Shown: positions 40,741 through 51,659 of the stretch, in pieces | Numbering within the stretch: position 1 is the stretch's first letter | How the letters are laid out: every line of letters begins with the position of its first letter | Assembly (NCBI GenBank): GCA_050084985.1 | Contig: JBITNC010000001.1 | Span: 190,774,001-190,838,000 of the forward strand | Direction: 5' to 3' | DNA: 64,000 nucleotides | Origin: Nageia nagi | Lineage: Eukaryota > Plantae > Pinophyta | Position numbers and translations under genes: made by a program | Notes under the pieces: generated by a model | The model's database searches: none | Seen by the model: only the letters and a program-made list of their open reading frames with translations | Told to the model about the DNA's origin: nothing

Positions 40741-41020
40741 TTTGGGAGGGGCAGACTTGTAATGACCCTTTCTAGACGTCCCCACTCATTTAATGCATTT
40801 AATTTTAGATCTAGTAAAAGTGGAGTGGGGAGTACCATTTGTGGGAATAATTAGGAGTGTGTTTTATAATTAAAATATTTGTCTTAAAATAATAATCAAA
40901 TGCCTCGTTTTTAGTGCCAATTTTGGGATCTCAATGAGCAATTAGAAGCCCCTAGAGGGGACACACAACTATATAAGATAAGAGCACCCCATTTGGAAGG
41001 CATTCTTGGACATTTCATAA
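40741..41020 (+). mobile_element. Additional PPT plus partial TGTAAT-family LTR
   Basis: TTTGGGAGGGGCAGACT|TGTAATGACCC at 40758. gggatctcaatgagcaattagaag is shared with ~20314. Confidence 0.7.
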
Positions 41021-41316
41021 TATGATTTCTTGTAGTAAAGGGTTGGATCAACACTTTCCCATTCTTTTGCGGACGAAAACTTGTAGGAGCAACCATCATG
41101 GTTTATGCTACCAAAAGTAAACTTATAGAAAACCATTTACAACAAATTGAAGATTGCCTCCTCGACTTTTCATTTTTGTCGAACAAATTGGATCATTTGA
41201 TTATGATGTTGGTAGACATAACCTAATGAATGGATTGATTAGCAAATTGAGTCTCACAACATGGTCCTCGTGGATAAAATAGATGGAGAGACCAAAATGG
41301 CCTTGTAGTTTTTTTC

Positions 41317-41496
41317 GAGATTGCATTAGATGACGAAGCCCTTATACATGTTTTGGAGACCACTTTGAATGAGGAGGCCATTCTACCTGTTTTTGAGACT
41401 GCTTCGAATGAGGAGGCCCTTATACTAGTTCTTAATATTGCTACGAATGAGGAGACCACTTTACCTATTTAGGAGATTGCTATAGATGAGGAGAAT
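41317..41496. repeat. 39-bp degenerate tandem repeat, ~5 copies
   Basis: gagactgcttcgaatgaggaggcccttatacctgtttt-like units. Confidence 0.8.
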
Positions 41497-42096
41497 CCAA
41501 GTTAGAAAAATTGGATTGGAGCCCTTGAAAATTGCCGAAAATCAGAATCAAGATCCGATTTTTTAGCAAACAAATTTTTTGGGATTTTTTCCGATTTGGA
41601 TTCTGACTTTTTTGTCCAGAAAATCACGATTTTTAGCAAAAAAGCGGTTGAGGATTTTTTGGGATTTGAATCAAGGACATCTCTAGCTCCACGTAACAAA
41701 AAAATTTTCAATTTTTTAAAGTGAATTGCCCAATTAGTAACGTCTTAAAAAATGCATATCTTATTTTTGGAAACCTTTAATGTTTTGAAAAATCATTTGA
41801 TTATGAGACCTTTAATGTTTTTTAGTGTTTTTTGGTCCTTGATACTTAGACACGATATGTAATACAAAACTCTACAATTTCTTTGATATGCAATGTTCGA
41901 TATTATACTTTGTTATTCTATAAGAATGTTGTCTATTTGATATGAAATGTTGAGATATAGCTAAAACTGATTTGTTTCAATGTCAAATAGGAGAAATTCT
42001 TTTATTTTTTCTCTATACTGATTTTTTGCTGATAGTTTCTGATTTTCCAAAAAATTCGAATCCTGTACCCAAACGATTCTGATTTTTTGAACTATG
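41497..42096. mobile_element. Non-autonomous hAT-type element
   Basis: 8-bp TSD AGGAGAAT. Degenerate TIRs CCAAGTTAGAAAAAT / CATAGTTCAAAAAAT. Subterminal (c/t)gattttt repeats at both ends. Confidence 0.75.
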
Positions 42097-42171
42097 AGGA
42101 GAATGCAACTCTCCTATAAGTCTTTGAGTTACAAGTCAAATTTTTGAAAAGGCATTTTGGAAGAATGAGAG

Positions 42172-42371
42172 ACTCTTGTGCTCTAGAGAATGATTGGCTA
42201 CTAAGGGTGTGTTCATCCCACTTATTGAGATACCTGTCAAGTAGAACCCTATGATGCCCTTTATGGTCATACTCTTGTGCTCTAGAGAATGATTGGCTAC
42301 TAAGGGTGTGTTCATCCCACTTATTGAGATACCTGTCAAGTAGAACCCTATGATGCCCTTTATGGTCATAC
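42172..42371. repeat. Perfect 99-bp tandem duplication in a probable integrase remnant
   Basis: Two identical units starting 42172 and 42271. Ends in PYDALYGHTPP, resembling Gypsy IN TPFEALYG.PP. Confidence 0.9.
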
Positions 42372-44468
42372 ACCACCTTTTTGGTTACTTCTTATATAAT
42401 TTCCCCTTTGCAAAGTTTGAGAATAAAGCTTGTCAAAGAAGGCAACAATGTTATGTACCATACCCTAGTAGTATTAGTTAGTTAGTAGCAATAATCCCAC
42501 ATGCATGGAATACCACTGGTGATCTATTGAGACACTCTATAAATTGTAATATTCTCCCAAATGAGAGGCATATGGGATTAATACAAAATTAGAATCTTTA
42601 CTCTAAAGGAGGTCATCTCTCCTCAAAGTGGCATAGGAAGTTGCCTTTCCTCAAAGTGTCAAAAGATCTAGGCATTTTAGTATTTGCTTTTAAGCAGGTT
42701 CACAATATCATATTACTTATCATGCTAGCATTGAATGAGTTTAAAGGGTTGGTGTTAGCAGTGGGAGCTTTAGTGTTGTGTTTGATGTTAGCAACAAGGC
42801 TTATTTGGTGATGTTTTGGAATATGTAATTCCAACCTTTGAGATGCTTATTCAAGTCTAATAGTTGAACTTATAAATGTGTTCATACTTCAATCACCATG
42901 GGTAGTTACAGCAGGTTGGGTGGATCATGTTATAGGCTTAGGTTTTGTCTTTTTGCAAAGATGAAGCAAGAATTTTCATTGAGACCAAAGCCCTAAATTT
43001 CTGTTGTACACAGGCACAAAGCAAAGGAAAAATTAAGTTCAATACTTTGAAACAACAGATAAAAAATTAAGTTCAATACTCTGAAACAACAGATAAATTG
43101 CTGAAGAGTGCAATATTTTGAGGCAATTCCTGAACCTTGATACACTAAGGTCTTTTTTCTGGCATGCAGAAATTGTGCAGAATGGAACTGACAGAAAAAT
43201 CATATACAAACAATGTTAAGAAACTGGATAAATTCTCTAAAGTAATTCTTATTGATTGTGCCCCTCACACTATAGTTAATTTGTGAAACTAACAATGTTC
43301 TCAAGTTGGGATATTTCTTCCATGATTTTTATGGAGTATAGACATCCTCAGACTGATTGGCAAATTCTAGTAGTTAGTAAATGTTTCAGAGGGCATTAGG
43401 AAAACTAACACATATCAGACGTGTGTTAAGAAGACACTTTATAGGTTTACTTGGTATTGAGCCTTCAAAATAAGAATTATTAAACACAGAGAAAAAATGT
43501 ATAATGTTCAAAATTATACGGATTGCAGTTAGTGGTATTAATGCATACAGTTTAAGAAAGCGATCAGAGTAACTTTATGTTGACAACTATATAAATAAAT
43601 GTTTTTGAGTATAAAACTGTTAATATCTAAATTATCTCTGAGATAATATACTCCCAAATTTGGATCACGATGAGTCAAAATGCATATGCCTTAAATCCTC
43701 CAAATTTGGACAAGTTCTGATGTATTCCTTTCAGTATTCTTAATGAATTTTTGGTGTATATTTAACTTTCCAAACAAAGGTCACTGTTTCATATGAAAAA
43801 TGTCTCTTTGGTTTGGAACTGAAGCGTCTTTTGGAAACCCAAAGTTGTTTGCGTTACATGTAATTTAGCAAATTCTTGGTTATACGAAAACTTTACCAAA
43901 AGAAACTTATGATGACAACAGATAATTATTCATTTTAATATTAATCTTCTTATGCTTTAAGGTCAAAGCATTTTATAAAGGTGCTTGCTAACCTAATACA
44001 GTACTTAGTAATAGGCCATATTATAAGGACATGTTCCAACCCACACCGCCTCAGATTTGACTTATATTTTATTGTATATCCTTTTTTTCACCTTGGATCT
44101 TTTACCTGTTTTCTTGTATGTATCCTGTAGACACAAAACTAGTGAACATTATATTAAAAGATGCATATTTATTATGTCTACTGAATGAAAATAGATTAAT
44201 AGCTATATGCAGTATAGGATCTAGAAATTAGGAGTATGCAATTTACAATAGGTGATACATAGAAAATTTACATGGAGGATTGGAGGCTTGCCAGCAGGCA
44301 GCTTGTGGTTTAGGAGGGTGAACCCTAGCTGCAGCTATATGACAAATTTGGATAATTTTGGAGATAGTTTTGGAAGATGATAATATTGAAAATAATTATG
44401 AGATGGTGATTCTGCTGAAAACGATGCTAAGACAGATATGCAGATATTCTGGAAAGACCTGTTTTAAC

Positions 44469-45661
44469 CATAGTAGTAAATCTCGGACTCGGCTCGGACT
44501 CGCCGAGGCCCACTCGGACTCGAGACTCGGGACTCGGCAAAAAAATCGGCCAGACTCGGCAAAAACTCGGCAAAAGAAAAAATAAAAAAAATATGTATTT
44601 TTTCACTGAAAACATAAGTTTTTTCAATTGCATATTACTTATTATTGTTATTAGTGTCTTCTATCCTGGCTATCCTGGCTAAGTGATACTTGAGGCGGTT
44701 TATGCCTCCACTCATATCAAAATTACAAAAGAGGCATATCACACCTCCTTTGTGTTTTGATTTTCCAGGATTCACATATTTCCATGCAGCATCTTTCTTC
44801 CCTGGAGGTAATGTTGTGGGTATTGTTGGCTGCTCATGAGGTAGACTAGCCTCACTAGCCATGATCCTGCAGCTGCACAAGAAAAATAAAAAATAATAAG
44901 ATACAAAAATTAAATTTAAATAGAAAAAATAAAAATATAAGCACATGCCACAAGCTAAAAAAAATGGCTTAAATCACAAATAAAAAATGGTACTTAAAAT
45001 TTTTGGCACCCGTCCAAGTATTAAATTTAGTCCCTTTACGGGGTTCCAAGGGGCAGCGCCCCTGGCGTGCCACCCCCGTCACGAGACGGGGCTTCAAATT
45101 TTTTCGAAAGGGTACAAACGGGCGTTCGGGAAGAGATCTGGGCTAAAAATTACACTATTCCAATTCGTTTGTATCTTACCCCTAAACCCCCTATTTTTAC
45201 CTCGCGCAAATTAATTCCCTAAGTGTAATTTCCAAAGTTAAACTACTAATAATATTCGGCGAAAAAAAGAATATAGAAGGTAGAGAAATAAAATTACTTA
45301 CCTCAAAATTTAGCACGGATAAAATTCGGTTGGTCTAGTTGCAAAATGCTTCTCTCCCTCTCTTTCGCCCTTCTTCTAACAACTGCACCGCCAAAATGAC
45401 CAAAAAAGACTAGAAAAAGTAATAAAAGGCAGAAACTGGGCACTTTTTCTCAAACTGGGCACTTTTTCTCTTGCTAGTCGTGTCAGACGAGTTTTGGCGA
45501 GTCCGCGGCTAGAAACTCGCGAGTCTCGCCGGGACTCGGGACTCGCCAAGACTCGCCAAAACTCGCCGAGTCCGGCGAGTCCGAGCTGCCAAGACTCGGC
45601 CAGACAGACTCGGACTCGGGACTCGCGAGTTTTGGCGATTCCGGCGAGTTTTGCTACTATG
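44469..45661 (-). mobile_element. hAT internal-deletion derivative
   Basis: TIRs CATAGTAGTAAA / CATAGTAGCAAA with perfect 8-bp TSD GTTTTAAC. Dense GACTCG/CGAGT subterminal repeats with CpGs retained. Confidence 0.95.
44635..44862 (-). CDS. Truncated hAT transposase: BED zinc-finger-only ORF (75 aa)
   Basis: MASEAS...KKDAAWKYV...VICLFCNFDMSGGINRLKYHLARI has the W, CxxC and GI.RLK.HLA pattern of plant hAT BED fingers. Preceded by acceptor ctgcag| and upstream donor GAG|GTAAGT (~45301). Confidence 0.75.
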   Translation of the reverse strand: MASEASLPHEQPTIPTTLPPGKKDAAWKYVNPGKSKHKGGVICLFCNFDMSGGINRLKYHLARIARIEDTNNNNK

Positions 45662-47443
45662 GTTTTAACCACAGGGGCTGCCAAGGCTCGAGACTAGAGC
45701 ATTTGTGTTCTAGGGCTGCAATGCTAGATTGCTAATCATTTTGAGCTTGGGTGCTAGAATGTTGGGGGTTCTACTGCTAGATCCTGTTTCAATTTGCATT
45801 CTGAACTTTTGGCCCTTTTCATGTTTGTGATGATCTTACCATGATCTTTCAATGATGATGGAAGTTGATATTGTGCTATTGCTATTTCTTGCTTTTTGTT
45901 GATGATTTTTGATATAACAATCTCTAATGATTGAGTGTGCTTTTCCCTTGTCATATCATATTTCAAATGAGCATGTAAGAGAATTCACAAATTTTCATTT
46001 TGAGGTCACCTAGGTGGACCCTCTTAGAACAGTGTTGGCATGTAAACATACATTTACATTTGCTTGGTTGGATATTTATATACCACTCCACAGTATAGGA
46101 ACCTCTCAAACAGAGGCAGATTATTCAAATAAAGGAACAAATATTTCAGAGCCAAAGAAGGATTATACAGTTTTCAACTATATCTAGTCCAAACTCAAAG
46201 ATTTAGCTGTCCAATCACTCTCGAAATATAGAATGTGTGAGTACATGGTCTGAAGAAGAAGTGAAATGTTCTTATAGGAACAAATTTGTTCGAAAACAAA
46301 GACTTTTAACCAGACATATGTAGTGCCATGTTTTTGAAGTGTAGAGTTTACAGCTAGAATTTGGCATCACATATTCAAAATTTGTTCCAGACCAACAAAA
46401 CAGATTCTGTACAAAAAATATGCCTCTTTATAAATTAGGAGGAATGAAAGGAGGTATCCAATCTTAAAAGAGTGCCCACTTCTTAAAGCTTCGTAAGTAC
46501 CACATCTGTATGAGCCACAATTCTTTCAGTTGATTCCACTGCTATGGTGGTCGACAACACAATGTGGAAATATTAAAAATAACTTCAAGGATACAATCAA
46601 AATTCTAGAAGTTCAGGTCCTGTAGGGTATTTTGAGATAAAAAGGGTCATGTAAGGGCCATGTGTGTGCATAATATGCCGTACATTATGAACAGAAAAGC
46701 TTATTTGTGGTCTACAATGTCTAGTTGACAGTCATAGACCCATGCACAGATAGAAGGGGATTGAATGCTAGTTTGCATGTCATATAAAACGTTGTGGATA
46801 GGCTTTGGAATTCCTTTGGTTCTACGTTTGGTACTAGAAATGGGCTTTTCATGCTCCTTAGCAGTCGAATATTAGGTAACTGAATGCCTTAAGCTGTTAT
46901 TTCAAGTCTATGTTAATGTCATGTGTTTGCTATTTGAGCAGTCTAATAAATTCTAGTTTGCATGTAGATGATAGACAACAACGTAGAGGCTGCAATTTAT
47001 CTATTTTGATTCCTTTATGCCTATAAGTACACACTAATACAATATATCCACTTCAACAAAAGAAATAAGTAATTCTGTTCTGTCCAAAGTTGAAGCAACA
47101 TAATACATTTTAAACATATTTTCTTATCAGTGAGACAACTATATAAGGTTACCTCAAGACAATAAAGTCAGCAGCTGCTGTTTACGTTGATAACTAATTG
47201 TTAGTATATTTATAGATCGTACTGTTCATTCTATCATGAATATTCTTCTCTATACTGGCATCAAAATATCTAATTTTTCTTAGGAAAACTTTTTGTACAA
47301 ATTTGAAGTTGTTTGAATTTAGAATTGAAATTTCAAGTTTATATTATTGTTATTCATAGTCTTAAAGTCTTGCAAAATTGAATTTCATTAGTTGACTAGT
47401 AGATCTTATTTGTGCACTGATTGTTAAGAACTTTGATTGAAAG

Positions 47444-47560
47444 GCCACAGGTGGTGGAGCATATAAATTTACAGATATCTTTAAGGAAAGGCTTGGAGTA
47501 ACCCTGGATAAGGAAGATGAGATGGATTGTCTAGTCGCAGGAGCAAACTTCTTGTTGAAG
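47444..47560 (+). CDS. PANK2: Pantothenate kinase 2, exon 4
   Basis: aag|GCC ACA GGT GGT GGA GCA TAT AAA = [39 protein letters not shown]|gtgagt. Contains the conserved TGGGA and KEDEM motifs. Confidence 0.95.
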
Positions 47561-48771
47561 GTGAGTCATATAACGTGATGCATTTGTTATTCCTTGCCTA
47601 ATTTGACATAGAGTTCAACTTCTATATTTCAAAACTTAATATTGACCTGATATAGAGAGAGTCTACGTCAGTTGGGAATTCTCTGGAAACATAAGCATGG
47701 GAAAGGAACACCTGTGTTTTTGCTAAAAGAGGCAGAGAGTCCAAGTCTTTTATATCAAAACAATTTTACTTTGACCAAGAAATATAGATTCTTTAAAAAA
47801 AAAAAATTTATGCTAACAAAATTAAAAGAATTCTACTCATTAGAAAAAGAATGTTCCACTAGTGCTTTTGCTATAAGAGGTAGGGAGTCAATCTTTTATA
47901 TCAAAACAATTTTACATTGTTGGAAAGGAATGTTTCCCAGGACACCGGTATCTTGTTTGCATTTACTACTTGAAATTGTAGTTTGCAGACTCAAGAAAAG
48001 ATTGTGAATAGTTGAAGATGCAGCCATGAGTCAATTCATTCCTCCACTCGGCTGACTGTCAAATACTTTGAATTTTGATGTCCATTCTATGTTTTATAAG
48101 TCTTTGGTGGAAATGATAAGTATGTTCATATTTGAGATGTACATGTCTTCAAGAAAGTTTAGATGGAAGATCCTATGGTAGGCTTCTGTTTTAAAACATG
48201 GAATTTATGTGAACTGATGTAAATGTTTCCAGTATATAAATATTTTTCTCAATCAATGTATCTATTTGCAGGTAGCTGGAAGAAAATATGCTCTTTGCTT
48301 TTTGTCGGTAAACCCTTTTTTTTTTTTAAATTTCAGAGAATGTTTCTTATAACTCCATTCAGCTACTTGAGCCTGCACGGATAGTGTAGTACAAGTAAAC
48401 CACAGGAAACTGGGAAGAAAATATGTTAATGGCATATACCAGAAAAAAATAAACATTATCAAAACATATACAAAAATGTTTATAAAAGGGAAAGTAAGAA
48501 GCAATATTTAGGTTATAAAAATAGGAAAATATGAAGTAATATTTGTTACCATTTTAAAAAATGACCATCTCCGGAATGCTGAGGGGATGCCCAAACGTCC
48601 TCAACCATTTTGGGGATGGCTGGGCGTACCCCCAACTGAGGAAACGTTTCAGCTGGGTTTCCACTGTGGCAGGATGATGGTGAGATGTTTCGTATCCATC
48701 CATCTGTCCCCAAAATGGCCTAAAAGGTGATACAGGGGTTTTGGGAGCCGGTACAAGCTCCCATGGAACAC

Positions 48772-49875
48772 ATATATACCATAGCAATTGATAATTATTA
48801 TTTTATATATGTGGTTTAATTTATATCATTTGCAACCAACGTAAAAGGTTACATTGTGTATGATTTGAATATGGAAGAGAGAGCTAATGAAAGGATCAGA
48901 ATGAGGATAGTAATGTGATAGTAGCTGACCCTTGGAGTGAAAACCAGGATGATTCATTACTATGCTCCTAATTTGCCCTGTTAAATCATGGATGCATTTT
49001 TCAGAATTGCTGCTTGTAGGACATATTATATGTTTGTAGATCTAACTTATTAATCTCCTTTGGTCTTAAGATTGTATTGTCCATACAGGATTATGATCCA
49101 GCTGTTAGACATATGAACTGATACCAATCTTATGATTAAAGAATACTCTGAAATACACATTTGATGAATCTGCTTATTTGGATATTTACAGGCAATTCAA
49201 CATGAAGCCTTTACACACATGGAAAGCCATAAAGAATTTGTTCAAATAGACCATAATGATTTTTTCCCATACTTTCTTTGCAATATTGGTCTGGTGTTAG
49301 TATGAGCGTGTTACAATAGTGTTAGGAAACTCCATCATGGATATATCATAACAATTGAGGATTATTGTTTTATATATTTGTGGTTTAATTTATATCATTT
49401 GGAACCAACTTAAAAAGTTACATTATGTATGATTTGAATATGGAAGAGAGAGGTAATGCAAGGATCAGAATGAGGATTAGGGATGTTATAATAGCTGACC
49501 CTTGCAGTGAAAACCAGAATGATTCATTACTATGCTCCTAATTTGCCTTGTTAAACCATGGATGCATGTTTCAGACTCGTTGCTTGTAAGACATATTATA
49601 CATTTTTATATCTAATTTTTCAATCTCATTTGGTCTTAAGAGTGTATTGTCCATACAGGATTATGATCCAGCTGTTAGACATATGAACTGGTACCAATCT
49701 TATGATTAAAGAATGCTCTGAAATACACATTTGATGAATCTGCTTAGTTGGATTTTACAGGCAATTCGGCATGAAGCCTTTACACACATGGAAGGCCATA
49801 AAGAATTTGTTCAAATAGACCAGAATGATTTTTTTCCATACCTTCTTTGCAATATTGGTTCTGGTGTTAGTATGA
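48772..49875 (+). repeat. ~570-bp tandem duplication (intron 4 end plus exon 5)
   Basis: ~48772..49305 aligns colinearly with ~49341..49875 (e.g. gatgattcattactatgctcctaatttgcc and ccatacaggattatgatccagctgttagacatatgaact in both). Confidence 0.92.
49192..49305 (+). pseudogene. Duplicated pseudo-exon of PANK2 exon 5
   Basis: tttacag|AIQHEAFTHMESHKEFVQIDHNDFFPYFLCNIG, then a 1-nt deletion (ggt-ctggt vs ggttctggt) giving TGA at 49303-49305. The AAG|GT donor is absent. Confidence 0.9.
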
Positions 49876-49880
49876 TCAAG
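49761..49880 (+). CDS. PANK2: Pantothenate kinase 2, exon 5
   Basis: tttacag|AIRHEAFTHMEGHKEFVQIDQNDFFPYLLCNIGSGVSMIK|gtaatt. 120 nt, NIGSGVS motif. Confidence 0.95.
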
Positions 49881-50090
49881 GTAATTGCAAGATCTTCCAA
49901 CTATTTCATGCATTTTAGTTCTCTGTTATGATTCTAAAGCTTTTGAGACATGCATATATATATTTTTTTTGCATTTTTGACATATTTGATATCTTTGTTT
50001 TTCTTTCTCAGGCTAATCTAAGTTTATTTTGTGATTTTGCAACTGCTGACCAGTTTATCGTCTTCATGGTTTATTTACTTTCTAACACAG

Positions 50091-50185
50091 GTTGACGGGG
50101 ATGGAAAATTCGAGAGGGTAAGCGGAACAAATGTTGGAGGGGGTACATTTTGGGGCTTAGGTCGACTCTTGACAAAATGTAAGAG
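50091..50185 (+). CDS. PANK2: Pantothenate kinase 2, exon 6
   Basis: acacag|VDGDGKFERVSGTNVGGGTFWGLGRLLTKCK(S)|gtatat. Confidence 0.95.
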
Positions 50186-50341
50186 GTATATGCTGTACTT
50201 CATTAGATCAAATGTATTCAAGTTGAGCTATTTGTGTGAAAGTATCTTGGAACGCACAAAACATTCTTCTACAAACTTCAAAAAGATAAGCTTAATGTCA
50301 TTTTCTCAAGATATTTCAACTTACAACATACATTGTTTTAG

Positions 50342-50435
50342 TTTTGATGAGATACTCGAACTTAGCCAAGGTGGAGACAACCGTGCTGTAGACATGCTTG
50401 TTGGAGACATCTATGGTGGTCTGGATTACTCGAAG
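50342..50435 (+). CDS. PANK2: Pantothenate kinase 2, exon 7
   Basis: ttttag|T FDEILELSQGGDNRAVDMLVGDIYGGLDYSK|gtattt. Confidence 0.95.
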
Positions 50436-51527
50436 GTATTTGCACCAAAAGTCTCAAAATATTTTCATTTTTCTGGTGGATAGCTTGCCTTCTAAAATTT
50501 CGTGTAGGCTTGCACATGTATCAAAGCCAAACTTGAATTGGTCTTTAATTCAGCTAGTAAGTGCTGTCAAGACGTAAGTGTTGGAAAGAAACTAGAAGTG
50601 GTGTTAGTAATGTTCTAACAGAATGGTAGAAACAATTTGAGAGGAGTTGTACTCACATTGTACATTTCCTCAGAATCTTTATCCTGCTCCTGGCCCCTAG
50701 CTTGAGGTTGTAATTATTTTTTTAATTCTAGTATATACTAGAAAAATAATAATTTCTTTCTGAAAGTTCTTCTGGTCACAAAACCAAAGAGGGTATGCAT
50801 ATGTTTTGAGGAAGTTTTTAGGAACTTTGAGGGAGTTTACATTGCTAATGCTTTGTTGCAATTAAAGGTTTCCTAAGACCATATTGTTCTAATGTAGTTA
50901 TGTTTGATATATCGGTTCTGTGATGTAATCTTGTGCATACAACTTAGAAAGTATAACTAAAGATTATTGTTTAGGTCATAGCATAGCTAGCATCATACAT
51001 AAACCATCTAGGAGAGTGGTCACAGTGTTGACTTGCCATCATTCCCAATTTGGTGATGACCTGTTTATGTAATCGCATTTCTTATATCAATAAATTTCTT
51101 AGATATTTTGTTCACCTGCTGCACTTATCTATTTTACATACAATAGATTTATTGTCTACATTCTTTCTTTTATTCTTTGATATTAACTTTCGAGAGAACT
51201 TGGACTGTGGAATGTAAAATAGCCGTTAATAGTCTGCAAGGCTTTGCTTTTGTTGTTGCATGTTAGTGCCACAAATATATTGGATATCCAAGCTAAATTT
51301 TGCATGTTTTAAAAAATGTTCATTACTTTAGATATCGCATAGAAATTCCACAATCTTTTTACAGTTATTTAGATATTATAACTTAAAACTTTATGAGGCT
51401 TTAATTATATGCATTAGCAAAGTAGATTCTGAATTGCAATGAGCACATGCTAAAACTTGTAAAATTGCTATGGTACTATGGTGTTTGTGTTTGTTATCAT
51501 AATCCTTTTTTGAAAAGTTTGTTGCAG

Positions 51528-51659
51528 ATTGGTCTCTCGGCATCCACTATTGCTTCAAGCTTTGGCAAAGTTGTATCTGAAAATAAAGATCTTGAGGATT
51601 TCAGACGAGAAGATATTGCTCTCTCTCTACTTCGAATGATTTCTTACAATATTGGACAA
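51528..51659 (+). CDS. PANK2: Pantothenate kinase 2, exon 8 (gene continues beyond the window)
   Basis: ttgcag|IGLSASTIASSFGKVVSENKDLEDFRREDIALSLLRMISYNIGQ|gttagt. The expected next exon (ISYLNAL...) was not seen before 64000. Confidence 0.95.

Noticed and set aside
45376-45697. ORFs on both strands at the hAT right end
   Set aside because: Arise from GC-rich subterminal repeats.
49848-49850. Cys in YLLCNIGSG where plant PanKs commonly have Val
   Set aside because: Conservative hydrophobic change outside the invariant residues; nothing further can be inferred without an alignment.
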